Virus record (IMG/VR): IMGVR_UViG_3300029319_000004
Coordinates: 116,712 to 180,711 of that record
Direction: 5' to 3' (one strand)
DNA: 64,000 nucleotides
Origin: a virus
Part shown: in pieces, positions 8,819-19,023 of the stretch
How positions within the stretch are numbered: the stretch's first letter is position 1
How the letters are laid out: each line of letters begins with the position of its first letter
Translations under genes and position numbers: made by a program
The notes under the pieces: model-generated
What the model saw: only the letters and a program-made list of their open reading frames with translations
Databases searched by the model: none
What the model was told of the DNA's origin: nothing

Positions 8819-11410
8819 ATGTCTGACGCAGAAAATCTAGAAAAAATCCTGCAGTTAATGAAAGACATAGCTGCAGAGAAGATAAAAGCTAGTCAATTAA
8901 GTAGTGGCGAACGAGAGGACGTCGCTGCGTTGTCTAATTTATTGTTACAGCAAGAAAGTACCACAAACAAGCTTATACAGCAATATAATAGAAAAATACA
9001 GGCTGCTAGATCTAATCAAAAAGAAGAACTCGCGCTGCAGCTTGAACAAGAAAAAAAATTATATGACTTTATTCAAAGAAAAAGACAAGCTGAGGGTAAT
9101 GCTCTTAAACAAAGCGCTGAAGAAGCCCGCAAAAATAACGACATTCAGATTAGAGATCGAAAAACTGCTCAAGATAAATTAGAAAATAATGTTAAAGCAT
9201 CTTTTGATAGGCAAAGTAGCAGTTATAGGGCGTCGACCACATTATTGAAAAAAGTTCAAGAAGCTCAGCTTGCTGCTCTTGGTGGCATGGCCGCAAAGAT
9301 GAATGTTAACACAAAGAAAGCCGGCGCCGGCGTACAAAACGTATTTGGCGAGATTATTAAAGGAAGCGGCGGTCTTGGAGGCAAGGTAGTAAAGATTGGC
9401 GGAGAATTATTAGGTGAAGTTATCGGTATGGGTGCGGATGTTTTAGAAGCCCAGGCAGACACAATTAGCACAGCTACTAAAAACATTGTTAAAGATTTAG
9501 ATACTCAATACAGAAACTTTAGAAAAACAATTGGTTTTGGACTCAAAGAGTCCCAAGCAGCATTTCTTGCCGTAATGGACTCCGAAGCTGAGCTAGCTGA
9601 GAGATTTAATAGCAACGCGGCGAGAGCACGCGATGGCTTGCAGATGATATCCGATATTTATATCGATCCTAGTGATGCCGCTGCCGCGATGAAAGAGCTA
9701 GCACAAGGTGTTTCTACATTCTCAGAAGTAATGAAAGCCACTCCAGATCTTGGTGCAGCCATGGCCAACAACGTTGCAGCTCTGGGTCGCCTAGGCATCT
9801 CACAGCAAGCTACAGCCAAAACAATGGAAATTGGCTCAAAAGCTATGTCTATGAACGGCGTAGAAATGATTAAACTTACGCGTCAAGTTGTTGCGACAGG
9901 TTTAGCAATTGATAAAGACTTGAATCAGGTCATGGCAGACTTTAACACTATGGCGCCTCAGCTAACTCAGTTTGGTGAAAACATGACCACAGTTTTTGCC
10001 AAGCTTGAGGCTCAGTCTAAAGCAACAGGTATTGCTGCAGGTGATCTTTTAAATACTGCAATGAAGTTTGATACTTTTGAAGGCGCAGCACAAGCTGCTG
10101 GCAAGCTAAATGCTATCTTAGGAGATACTGTTGTCGATACAATGGCACTAATTCATGCCTCGCCAGATGAAAAAATTGAAATGTTACGACAAAGCCTTGA
10201 TGATGCTGGCAAGTCATTTGATGATATGCATCGTCGCGAGCAACAAGTTATTGCTACTAGTTTAGGATTAGGCAGTGTCATGGAGGCGCAAAAGCTATTC
10301 AACGAAGAAAATGCTGATGCATATGAAAGCTATGCTAGTAATTTTGAAAAAGGAATCGATACAAGTAAAACTCAAGACGATATTTCTAGGCTTGCTAAGC
10401 AAACTGCAACAATTAATGATGTTCTTGAGGGAGCTGCATCAAATATGGCTAGCACGATTAACGTTGCTACTTCTGCGTTAAGAGCTACAGCAGAGACTAT
10501 ATATAAAACATTTACTGGCGCTACAGATGCCGTTCGATTCAGTTCAGACACTGTGTCAAAAGCAGCGATTCAGCAAGCAAAAGCAGCTGACAAGGTCCAG
10601 GAGAGCAATAAAAAACTAAAATCCTCTTATGATGACTTAAAGGGGGCAGCTCCAACGCCAACTGCAGCAAAGGTACCTTCTCCAAAAGAAGCGCCAAAGG
10701 GAATCATCGAAACTCTCAAGCCTGCACCAAAAAAAGCTGTGGATCCTTCAGAGATATCAAAAGCTCAAGCACTTGCTTTCCAAGACAGAACTGCTATTTT
10801 AGCTCAGGCACAGGCCGGTGTTAGAAATGTTGAAAACGCTATGAAGATGTTTGGAGATATTAATGCTCCTGGTGGTCAATCACTTGAAAAGAAGGCTACT
10901 GTCGCCTTCACGATGCTTCATGACGAAATGAAAGAAGTTGTTAAAGACTTAAGCAAGAATCTAGGCGTAAGCATGGAGGAAGCATTTAAAATAGGTATGG
11001 ACATAAAGGCTCTTGATCCATTAATGGATGCTACAGCTAATATTGGTGATTTTGTTGCAAAGCAAGAAAAAACAGGACCGGCCGAAGCTGGAATTCCTAT
11101 TGCGCGTATGGTGGAACTGCTCAAAGCAGAAAAAACTGTGCCTGAGGCCATACCCATGGTTAGAGAGTTTGAGACATTAAAAACAAAAACTTTAGATAGC
11201 ACAGTTCATATGGAAAAAATTACTTTACTTCAAGAGATACAAAAAGAATCAAATGATCAAGTAACAAAAAACATGCAAGAGCTAGTGCAGTTTGTGAAAG
11301 AGAATCAAAAGGTCGCCGATGCTGGTGCTGATGTAAAAACTTTAACACTTAGACTGGGACAGAGAGAGTTTGCAGCGGTGGTTGAAGATAGTTTAAAGAT
11401 GTTAAGATAA
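8819..11410 (+). CDS. Tape measure protein
   Basis: 863 aa, Ala/Lys/Gln-rich helical; FDTFEGAAQAAGKLNAILG motif; located after tube and chaperones. Confidence 0.85.
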   Translation: MSDAENLEKILQLMKDIAAEKIKASQLSSGEREDVAALSNLLLQQESTTNKLIQQYNRKIQAARSNQKEELALQLEQEKKLYDFIQRKRQAEGNALKQSAEEARKNNDIQIRDRKTAQDKLENNVKASFDRQSSSYRASTTLLKKVQEAQLAALGGMAAKMNVNTKKAGAGVQNVFGEIIKGSGGLGGKVVKIGGELLGEVIGMGADVLEAQADTISTATKNIVKDLDTQYRNFRKTIGFGLKESQAAFLAVMDSEAELAERFNSNAARARDGLQMISDIYIDPSDAAAAMKELAQGVSTFSEVMKATPDLGAAMANNVAALGRLGISQQATAKTMEIGSKAMSMNGVEMIKLTRQVVATGLAIDKDLNQVMADFNTMAPQLTQFGENMTTVFAKLEAQSKATGIAAGDLLNTAMKFDTFEGAAQAAGKLNAILGDTVVDTMALIHASPDEKIEMLRQSLDDAGKSFDDMHRREQQVIATSLGLGSVMEAQKLFNEENADAYESYASNFEKGIDTSKTQDDISRLAKQTATINDVLEGAASNMASTINVATSALRATAETIYKTFTGATDAVRFSSDTVSKAAIQQAKAADKVQESNKKLKSSYDDLKGAAPTPTAAKVPSPKEAPKGIIETLKPAPKKAVDPSEISKAQALAFQDRTAILAQAQAGVRNVENAMKMFGDINAPGGQSLEKKATVAFTMLHDEMKEVVKDLSKNLGVSMEEAFKIGMDIKALDPLMDATANIGDFVAKQEKTGPAEAGIPIARMVELLKAEKTVPEAIPMVREFETLKTKTLDSTVHMEKITLLQEIQKESNDQVTKNMQELVQFVKENQKVADAGADVKTLTLRLGQREFAAVVEDSLKMLR

Positions 11411-11422
11411 GGAATTTTAAAA

Positions 11423-12292
11423 ATGTCATTTAAAATAGCAGCAGAAATAGGTATACTAGGTGAGTCACGTTTTGCAAATGTGCCTTTTAAAGGACCAGGC
11501 GAAGGGTTTGCACCTAGTCGAGAGGCTGAAGCTGGCACAAAAATAGAATTTATACCCATACACTATAATAACGCACCCGTCATCTCATTCATAGCTTTTA
11601 TGCCCAGTATTAAAGACAATATTAAACAAGGCATTCAGACAACACAGCCTTTTGGACGTCTAGATCCGATTAGAATGTGGAGAAGTTCCGAAAGAACAAT
11701 AGATGTTAGCTTTAAGATAGCTTCCTCATCAAAAGAAATGGCTTTAAGAAATTTAAATAACTTAAGTTGGCTTTTAGCTTCGACTTATCCAACATATGAT
11801 TCTTCAAAGTGTGGCTGCGCAACCTCGGTTGCCGCATCACCAATGTTTCGTGTTAAATACGCTAATTTAATAACTAGCACATCGAACTATGATGGTTTGT
11901 TATCTGTCATACAGGGGGTAGGGGTTGAGCACAACTTTGAAAAAGGTGTTATACACATCGATGCCGATGGTAAAGATAGCAGCCTTTTAAAAAATGCTAA
12001 GTTTCCAAAACAAGCTGGCAATTATTTAGTTGCATCCGAAATTTCAGTTAGTTGCACTTTGGACGTTGTGCATGAGGACTCGCTAGGATGGGATTATCAT
12101 ACCGGAGAGTGGCGAGGGCGTACTGGTGCTGGATATCCATATGGATTAGGCACCATAAAAGTAGCTGCCGACCCTCCTGCCTCTGGTGGCGGCGGCGCAA
12201 CATCTCAAGGTTTAAGTCAAGACTTTTTTCAAAACGCAGAAAATACTTACGGCCGAGAAGCAGAGGCTGCAGCTGCAAAAATACTTGGATAA
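11423..12292 (+). CDS. Baseplate tail-tube initiator/cap protein (gp48/gp54-like)
   Basis: FGRLDPI..W.S.ERTI.VSF.I, LASTYPTY, SPMFRVKYANLI; synteny after TMP. Confidence 0.6.
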   Translation: MSFKIAAEIGILGESRFANVPFKGPGEGFAPSREAEAGTKIEFIPIHYNNAPVISFIAFMPSIKDNIKQGIQTTQPFGRLDPIRMWRSSERTIDVSFKIASSSKEMALRNLNNLSWLLASTYPTYDSSKCGCATSVAASPMFRVKYANLITSTSNYDGLLSVIQGVGVEHNFEKGVIHIDADGKDSSLLKNAKFPKQAGNYLVASEISVSCTLDVVHEDSLGWDYHTGEWRGRTGAGYPYGLGTIKVAADPPASGGGGATSQGLSQDFFQNAENTYGREAEAAAAKILG

Positions 12293-12298
12293 AAGATT

Positions 12299-12631
12299 AT
12301 GAGATACTCAAAGAACAAAATAAAAACCAGTAAAAATCGTGCCTACAGACAATACTTAAAAAATCGCGGTTTAAAACACATATCACATTACAATACAAGC
12401 AAGCTTAGGCACCCTACTGTTGAAAATTTGCAAGATTTCGAAAGAATTAGTCATGTTTGGAAAACTGGAGATAAGTGGTATAAATTAGCTGACTTATACT
12501 ATAAGGATCCAACTAAGTGGTGGGTAATTGCTTTTTACAATCAAAGACCTACAGAAGCACATGTGACTCCTGGTGAGGTTGTATATATACCACTGCCCTT
12601 AGATTCTATTTTATATCAGATAGGGTATTAG
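12299..12631 (+). CDS. LysM-like baseplate wedge protein (gp53-like)
   Basis: HVWKTGDKWYKLA..YY.DP..WWVIAFYN..P.E.....G....IP. Confidence 0.75.
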   Translation: MRYSKNKIKTSKNRAYRQYLKNRGLKHISHYNTSKLRHPTVENLQDFERISHVWKTGDKWYKLADLYYKDPTKWWVIAFYNQRPTEAHVTPGEVVYIPLPLDSILYQIGY

Positions 12632-12632
12632 T

Positions 12633-15452
12633 ATGAGCAAAGACACATCTCAGTCAGCAGCGACTGACAAAAGCATAACCTCAGAAGAGCAGGCTCAAAT
12701 AGATGCGCAAGGAGCTGTATCATCTCCACAGTCTGAGCAAGCTGATTTGCAAAAGCGCAAAGATCAGCTTAAACAAACACAAGCTGCAAAGCAAAAAAAA
12801 GCAGCTAGAAGAAACGCAGAAAGAAATCTTAGAAACATTCAGCAGTGCTTATTGTGTGAAAACATAGATACAATTTCAAACTATCATAGACAAAATTCTG
12901 ATAAGTTTGCATATCAAGTTATTAGGCAAATGTATGGCTCTAGTGAGAGGATTGTTAATGAGCTAAAAAGCTTGCCTCCCCTTGATGGCTTCTTTTGTGT
13001 TAGAACATCTATTTTATCTCTGCTGCAGCCGGATATAAGAATTTTTAAAGTTACTCATGAAGTGGCTGCTCCAACACCAGATGGTGTCGCTAGAGAGCCC
13101 AAGACAAACCCCACAAGACCAACATACAGAGAAATAATTTTTTCTAGTGTTTTTGGGACTGAAAACGCAACTAGCACTCAGCAATATTTAAACTCTGAAG
13201 CCTCAGAGCCAAACTGGAGAAATGTTGGACTTCAAAGCTTTACCTTTAATCAGTTTGGTAAATCACATGGAGCAATGGAGCAGAACATTCAGTGTCAATT
13301 AAGGCTTTATGTTAAAAGCCTAAAAGATTTAGTTGCGATATCTCCCGGCTCTCAGGCCAGGTATGTTGACTTGATGCTTTGGCCAGAGGCAAAAATTAAC
13401 AGAGATACACAACAATATAATCCCAAACATTACGAAATAAAAGTTGTCATGGGCTACAAAAGACCACCTAAGCAAGCTCTAGAAGGACTTAAACCAACAA
13501 GAGAAGAAAGAGAGTTTTTAAAGAATATACATCTTTTTAATTACGTTGTTTCTTTGACTCTTTACAAGTATGATTTTAGCATTAAAGAAACTGGCGAGGT
13601 TGACGTTACAATAGATTATTTTGGAAGAGTCGATTCTGTCTTTAATAGCTCCGCGGCATCTCCATTAAAGGGCGGGATAGTTGTTGCAAAAAATGGAGGA
13701 AAGCTGGAGCTAAAGCCTGAAATGAAAGGAAGCCAGGATTTTATGACATTTTCAAAAATAAAAAGTCAATTAGGAAACTTGGTAGTTTCTAAACAAAATC
13801 CTGATTTAGCCACTGGTGATTTAATTGATCAAGTAGCAGAATTATTAAAAAATCCACTCTTTAGGCACATGTATAAAGATGCTTATGATATTATAATTAC
13901 AAAAGAGTTTGAACCTGCGGATGTTCAAACTGCTTTAGATAACTTAACTTCTAAAGAAGGTGCTAGTTTGATGGCGGCTGTGCTTCGAAGACAGTCCATG
14001 AGCATAAAAGGAGAGGCATTTCAACTTTTTATGAAACAACTTCTTGATGGCAATACTATTAGTAAAGATGTCGGCGATAGAATGTTTGCGATTAGTGTCA
14101 ACAAGGAAAATATGGATACGGCACTTGGTATTATAAATGCACCCACCAAAGGAGCAGACAAGGCAAAGAAAGAAGAAATAAAAACTAATACTTCAAATGC
14201 AATCGGATTAGCTGCAAAAAGCGTCAGGGTTGGAAAAGTCAAAGATTTGTCATCTGTTTTGAACTCGCTTCAGAAAACCGAGGAACAAGCCGGCGATCTA
14301 GCTTCAAATGTAGAATCAGAATCTTCATCTAAGGACGCTGCGTCTATAGACACAATTAAAGGCGCCGCGGCACAATCAATTGTCACCAGCAAGTCAACAG
14401 GAGACTCATATGAATTTTATTTCATATATCTTGGAGACATTATAGAATTAGCAGCAAAAAATGCTGGCATGTTCGCTTTTCTAAAAGAAGAAAAGCCTCC
14501 GTTTAACCCTGATTCCTACATGACTCAGGAAGTTGATAAAGACTACACGCTGACTAATATGAGGCTTTTGCTTGGGCCTTTAGAATACCAAGATGCATCT
14601 GGAAAAATTCGCAGCATTAATTTGGCTGAATTTCCAATATCATATGATTTATTTCGTAACTGGTTTTTAACCAAAATAGTCAGGGAGGATAACTCTAAGA
14701 TATCTCTTGGCAGCTTTTTAAATAAATTAATAAATCAGTTGGTACTTCCATCTTTGGGGGCGGACTGCTTACGTCCTATAAAATTAAGAAACACAAGGTT
14801 TCAAAACATATATGTGACAATTCCTGGAACTCCTGTCGGGTCTGCTGAGCAGCTTCAGGGCGCTTTTGATACTGCGGAACTTTTACCAATGGAAAGGAAA
14901 ATAGACGTATCCTCAGGCAGATTTGCAGCTGCGTTTAGCAAGCCTGCAAGACAGAAAAGAGAGGCAGGAGTTGAGGCCATAGTAAAAAATAGTTATGACT
15001 ATAAACTAATCCAAGTAAATTCTATTAAAAGCATTGTCTCTAGAAAAGCAGATTGTAAGGAAGACTTAAAAGATGGAATATATCATTTTAATATTGGTTC
15101 CGACAGGGGCATTTTGAAAGAAATGATATTTTCGAAAACTGACCTGCCTGGCTTAGCAGAGCTAAGATCAGCTCAAGCGATAGAAGCTGGAGGCGACCAG
15201 CTAAAACAATTAGCATTTCCGTTCAACTGTAATTTAAAACTAGTTGGAAACACACTATTTATACCAGGTATGATATTCTATGCTAATCCTAGCTTTTTGG
15301 GGCTAGGCAACCCTCAAGACAAAAATTCTATTGCTTATCAATTAAATTTAGGGGGCTACTTTTTGGTCTTAACAACAAAAACAACAATTTCCCCAGGCCT
15401 CTTTGAAACTGAGGTGGAAGGCGTTACTATCGGACACGGGAAGGTAACATGA
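12633..15452 (+). CDS. Large baseplate hub protein (gp27/VgrG-like, probable)
   Basis: 939 aa after the LysM gene; C-terminal LKLVGNTLFIPGMIFY.NP...LGGYFLV........PG.FET is typical of hub proteins. Confidence 0.55.
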   Translation: MSKDTSQSAATDKSITSEEQAQIDAQGAVSSPQSEQADLQKRKDQLKQTQAAKQKKAARRNAERNLRNIQQCLLCENIDTISNYHRQNSDKFAYQVIRQMYGSSERIVNELKSLPPLDGFFCVRTSILSLLQPDIRIFKVTHEVAAPTPDGVAREPKTNPTRPTYREIIFSSVFGTENATSTQQYLNSEASEPNWRNVGLQSFTFNQFGKSHGAMEQNIQCQLRLYVKSLKDLVAISPGSQARYVDLMLWPEAKINRDTQQYNPKHYEIKVVMGYKRPPKQALEGLKPTREEREFLKNIHLFNYVVSLTLYKYDFSIKETGEVDVTIDYFGRVDSVFNSSAASPLKGGIVVAKNGGKLELKPEMKGSQDFMTFSKIKSQLGNLVVSKQNPDLATGDLIDQVAELLKNPLFRHMYKDAYDIIITKEFEPADVQTALDNLTSKEGASLMAAVLRRQSMSIKGEAFQLFMKQLLDGNTISKDVGDRMFAISVNKENMDTALGIINAPTKGADKAKKEEIKTNTSNAIGLAAKSVRVGKVKDLSSVLNSLQKTEEQAGDLASNVESESSSKDAASIDTIKGAAAQSIVTSKSTGDSYEFYFIYLGDIIELAAKNAGMFAFLKEEKPPFNPDSYMTQEVDKDYTLTNMRLLLGPLEYQDASGKIRSINLAEFPISYDLFRNWFLTKIVREDNSKISLGSFLNKLINQLVLPSLGADCLRPIKLRNTRFQNIYVTIPGTPVGSAEQLQGAFDTAELLPMERKIDVSSGRFAAAFSKPARQKREAGVEAIVKNSYDYKLIQVNSIKSIVSRKADCKEDLKDGIYHFNIGSDRGILKEMIFSKTDLPGLAELRSAQAIEAGGDQLKQLAFPFNCNLKLVGNTLFIPGMIFYANPSFLGLGNPQDKNSIAYQLNLGGYFLVLTTKTTISPGLFETEVEGVTIGHGKVT

Positions 15453-15453
15453 T

Positions 15454-16923
15454 ATGTCAACCTCTGCATTAGAAATATTCTCTGCTAGAAATAATATAAA
15501 TGATAATTATAAAGAATTTGCAGATATCAAATATTTTGATCTTCATAGGAAGCACTTTTTATATGGTCGGATCGATCGCGATGGAGATGCAGTTGAATTA
15601 TTAGATACAAACCTAGCTCAAATCGAGGGTGGTGCAAGAACCGAATTTGCAGTTGATTTTGTTAAAGATGCGTATGATTTTTTGAGAAATGAAATTTCAA
15701 GGCTAACAAAAGGAAGTTACATAGAGCCGAACAGTGTTTATAATCCAAACTCATTTCAGGTCTATAAAGCCTGGCGCTCAGGAGATTTAGAATACAGCTA
15801 TTATCGCTACTTAAACAATCTATACACAGACTTTGTACAAAACTTTTTAGAGCGGGAGCGTCGTTTTGAATATATCTTAAACTTTGATACTTTTATGCAG
15901 CAATTCTTTAAGTATATTAGTACGATTGCATATCGATTTCCTATTACGAAAACTGGATACATACTGTCAAACCATTGTTCTCCTTTTGTTAGCGGGTTAA
16001 TGATTGAAATAGCCAAAGAACAGCATGGAATCGTAAATGACAAGCGTATTTTGGACTTTACAGAAGACCCAAATTATACATTGATAAAGAGAGCTACTAA
16101 GCGTGTTGGGTTTATGGTGGATAGAAATGCGCCTTGGAGGTTTGTTTTTAATTTAGCTTCTGGTGGTACAACTAAAGGTGGTAAGTTTAATACCGACATG
16201 ATTAAAACTTACGATGGTAAAAAAATAAGTCAAAAATTAGTGGGCACTGGTGGCGCGTTCTTTATGAGTAAGTATGGAGTTACTTTCTTAAAGCAAAGAA
16301 AGGACGCTCCAGTGGGAGAGTCACATCCGCTGGCCGGCACTTCGTTTAGCACCCACGTCTTTGATCAGTATTATAGAAAAACACATTTACATGAGATAGA
16401 AAACATTAGAAATTATATGTTTTTATTTTATTCTTCATTCTTTAATCAGTTTACTACGTTTAGCAAGCTTGAAGAATATCAATGTCAGACTTCACTAGAG
16501 TTTAACACAAAATTAGCAATAAAATATATTAATAGAAGGGAGTTGCCTGGACAAGATCCTAGATTTGCAGGAACAAACGTTTTGATCCCAGATGTTTTTA
16601 ATAAAACATATAAAGATGATTTTTGGCTGAGTTTTATTTTGAGGTTTAGGCTTTTGGAGACAAAACAAAATTTATCGGAAGCAAGACTGCAGAGAATAGA
16701 GCGAGATATGATGGGAATATATAGGGCTATAGGAAGAACAGCTGCTTTAAATTACATTAATAACTTGACAAAAGGCTTTCACGATCTTAAGTTTGTACAT
16801 GAAGGAGATTACCATCAAGGGCAACCACGATCTGAATACGAATCAAGAAAAAGAAAGTCTCTCATGGAAATATATGAGAGCACAGACACTGAACTAGTTG
16901 CGACTTTGAATGAAATAAAATAA
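15454..16923 (+). CDS. Hypothetical protein (489 aa, probably structural)
   Basis: Long ORF contiguous with the baseplate operon; no recognised motif. Confidence 0.6.
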   Translation: MSTSALEIFSARNNINDNYKEFADIKYFDLHRKHFLYGRIDRDGDAVELLDTNLAQIEGGARTEFAVDFVKDAYDFLRNEISRLTKGSYIEPNSVYNPNSFQVYKAWRSGDLEYSYYRYLNNLYTDFVQNFLERERRFEYILNFDTFMQQFFKYISTIAYRFPITKTGYILSNHCSPFVSGLMIEIAKEQHGIVNDKRILDFTEDPNYTLIKRATKRVGFMVDRNAPWRFVFNLASGGTTKGGKFNTDMIKTYDGKKISQKLVGTGGAFFMSKYGVTFLKQRKDAPVGESHPLAGTSFSTHVFDQYYRKTHLHEIENIRNYMFLFYSSFFNQFTTFSKLEEYQCQTSLEFNTKLAIKYINRRELPGQDPRFAGTNVLIPDVFNKTYKDDFWLSFILRFRLLETKQNLSEARLQRIERDMMGIYRAIGRTAALNYINNLTKGFHDLKFVHEGDYHQGQPRSEYESRKRKSLMEIYESTDTELVATLNEIK

Positions 16924-16926
16924 TCT

Positions 16927-18099
16927 ATGCTTTTTCAAACGCTTGATAACAAAAGGGAGTGTTATGCAGTCTACTCCGATGGAGAGCTTTATCACTACCC
17001 TAATAATTTACACATGACGGAAACTTGGGATTGGACATGTCACGCTCCGCCTAATGTTGACTTTGCACAAGTGTGGTGTAACGGAAAAAGTCTAAGTGAG
17101 GTATGCCCGGAAGAACTTAAAATTAGTTTACAGCATATCCAAAATAAAGCTCGGGCTTTTTTTAAATCATTTCAATCTTCAAAAATATCAATGGATGATG
17201 TGTGCTTTTATGATTTAGTTCCAAAAAATTTTTTGTTAGATTATTGCAATATTAAAAATGAAATATCTAAGCATGTTTTTTCTAGCTACCAAAAACCAAA
17301 AAACTATGACTTTTTAGTTGAGCTTGTAGAGATGCTTGATGATATATCTTGTCACACGTTGAACTTTGACCACACAAGACTATCATCATTATCAGCAGCC
17401 GAGCACAAAAAAGCATTGGCGTGCAATAATTTAAAAAAAATATTTTATAATCCATGGGGTAGTGTTACGGGACGGCTAACCACGAGACCTAATAGCTTTC
17501 CAATACTAACACTGCCTCGTACTTTACGCTCAGGCCTGACTCCAAACAATGATCTTTTTGTTGAGCTAGATTACAATTCTGCAGAGATGAGAACAGCGTT
17601 TGCTCTTCTGGGGATGCAGCAGCCGGAAAATGATATTCATGATCATCTTAAAAGCGAGGTCTTCAATGATAAGCTTAGTAGGGATGAGGTTAAACAGAAA
17701 GTTTTTGCTTGGCTTTATAATCCAAAAGCTAGCAATAAAAAATTGCAAAAGTTTTTAGAGAAAGAAAAGATTCTAGAAAAGTATTACACGTCTGGAATTG
17801 TTAAAACTCCATTTGATCGCGACATACAAGTTGAGCCAGAAAAAGCATTGAATTATCTAGTTCAAAGCACCACTAGTGATTTGTTCCTAGCACAAGCTAT
17901 CAAGATATATAATATGCTTAAAGATAGCAACTCTCATATTGCTTTTTGCATCCATGACAGTTTAGTGCTAGATGTTGAAAGATCTGATAGGCAGTTGGTG
18001 TCAAAAATAATCTCTGTCTTCTCACAGACACCGTATGGTCATTTTAAAACAAACGTCTCTTTTGGTAAAGATTTTGGCACTATGAGGAAAATTAAATGA
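16927..18099 (+). CDS. Short family-A DNA polymerase (polymerase domain only)
   Basis: TGRL; motif A ELDYNSAEMR; motif B RDEVKQKVFAWLY; ALNYLVQST; motif C IHDSLV. Confidence 0.85.
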   Translation: MLFQTLDNKRECYAVYSDGELYHYPNNLHMTETWDWTCHAPPNVDFAQVWCNGKSLSEVCPEELKISLQHIQNKARAFFKSFQSSKISMDDVCFYDLVPKNFLLDYCNIKNEISKHVFSSYQKPKNYDFLVELVEMLDDISCHTLNFDHTRLSSLSAAEHKKALACNNLKKIFYNPWGSVTGRLTTRPNSFPILTLPRTLRSGLTPNNDLFVELDYNSAEMRTAFALLGMQQPENDIHDHLKSEVFNDKLSRDEVKQKVFAWLYNPKASNKKLQKFLEKEKILEKYYTSGIVKTPFDRDIQVEPEKALNYLVQSTTSDLFLAQAIKIYNMLKDSNSHIAFCIHDSLVLDVERSDRQLVSKIISVFSQTPYGHFKTNVSFGKDFGTMRKIK

Positions 18100-18944
18100 A
18101 TGTGATAGGTTTAGGAGAGGCAGGCTGTAAAATATCTCATTATCTTAGCAAATATGATGATTATCAAACATTTCAGATCGATGTAGAAAATAAGCAATAT
18201 GATAATTTTATAAAAATTAAAAAATTAGATAGCCATGAAGATTATGAAGCAAAGTACAAGCCTTTAAAAATAAATGTTGCCAATGGGCTTGATACGTTTT
18301 TAATACTGTCGGGTGCTGGTGCAATATCTGGTGCTGTTCTGAGAATATTAGAGCAGCTAGACAATAACAATGTTAAAATTATTTATATAAAGCCTAGACT
18401 CTCAGAGCTTTCCAGCTTGCAAAAGACTCGCCATAGAATTGTAAGTCAAGTGCTGCAAGAATATTGTAGATCTGCAAAACTAAAAGAGTTTACAATTATC
18501 GATAATTCTCTGATTGAAGATTTATTGCCAGAGATACCGCTTGATGATTATTGGAGCCCAATCAATCAACTTATAGGTGATACATTCCACATGATTAACT
18601 TTTTTAATAAAAGCGAGCCTCTTTTGAAGAGTAGTAATGCTGTGCCTAAAACTGCAGTCATGTCGACTTACTCTTTAGTTGACTTTTCAAACATGCAGGA
18701 AAAAAAATTGTACGATTTATCTTTCCCCAGAGCAAAAAGTTATTATTTTGCTCTAGGAAAGCAGTTTATTAAGGATAATAAAGACATTTTGACACAGGTA
18801 CGACAATTTATATCTTTGAATGACAGTGAAAACTGTGATTGCTCTTATGAGATTCATCAGACTGATTACGATCAAAACTATGTGTATGGATATCACTATG
18901 CAAGTTTTATTCAGGAGCAAGATAAAAACTTGTTTACAAGTTAA
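18096..18944 (+). CDS. Divergent tubulin/FtsZ-family protein
   Basis: N-terminal VIGLGEAGCKI (GxGxxGxxI); degenerate signature LSGAGAISG; IIDN; DDYW..IN. Confidence 0.7.
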   Translation: MNVIGLGEAGCKISHYLSKYDDYQTFQIDVENKQYDNFIKIKKLDSHEDYEAKYKPLKINVANGLDTFLILSGAGAISGAVLRILEQLDNNNVKIIYIKPRLSELSSLQKTRHRIVSQVLQEYCRSAKLKEFTIIDNSLIEDLLPEIPLDDYWSPINQLIGDTFHMINFFNKSEPLLKSSNAVPKTAVMSTYSLVDFSNMQEKKLYDLSFPRAKSYYFALGKQFIKDNKDILTQVRQFISLNDSENCDCSYEIHQTDYDQNYVYGYHYASFIQEQDKNLFTS

Positions 18945-19023
18945 TAAAGAGTGTTTATTATATTAACTGCAGATAGTTGGAATATTTGCCAGCTATACTA
19001 TACCTTAAATAAAGGAGATAACA

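Noticed and set aside
18096-18944. Nucleus-forming (chimallin) phage assignment from the tubulin gene
   Set aside because: No chimallin-like or multisubunit RNAP genes in the window; T4-like structural genes and DnaE point to a different lineage.
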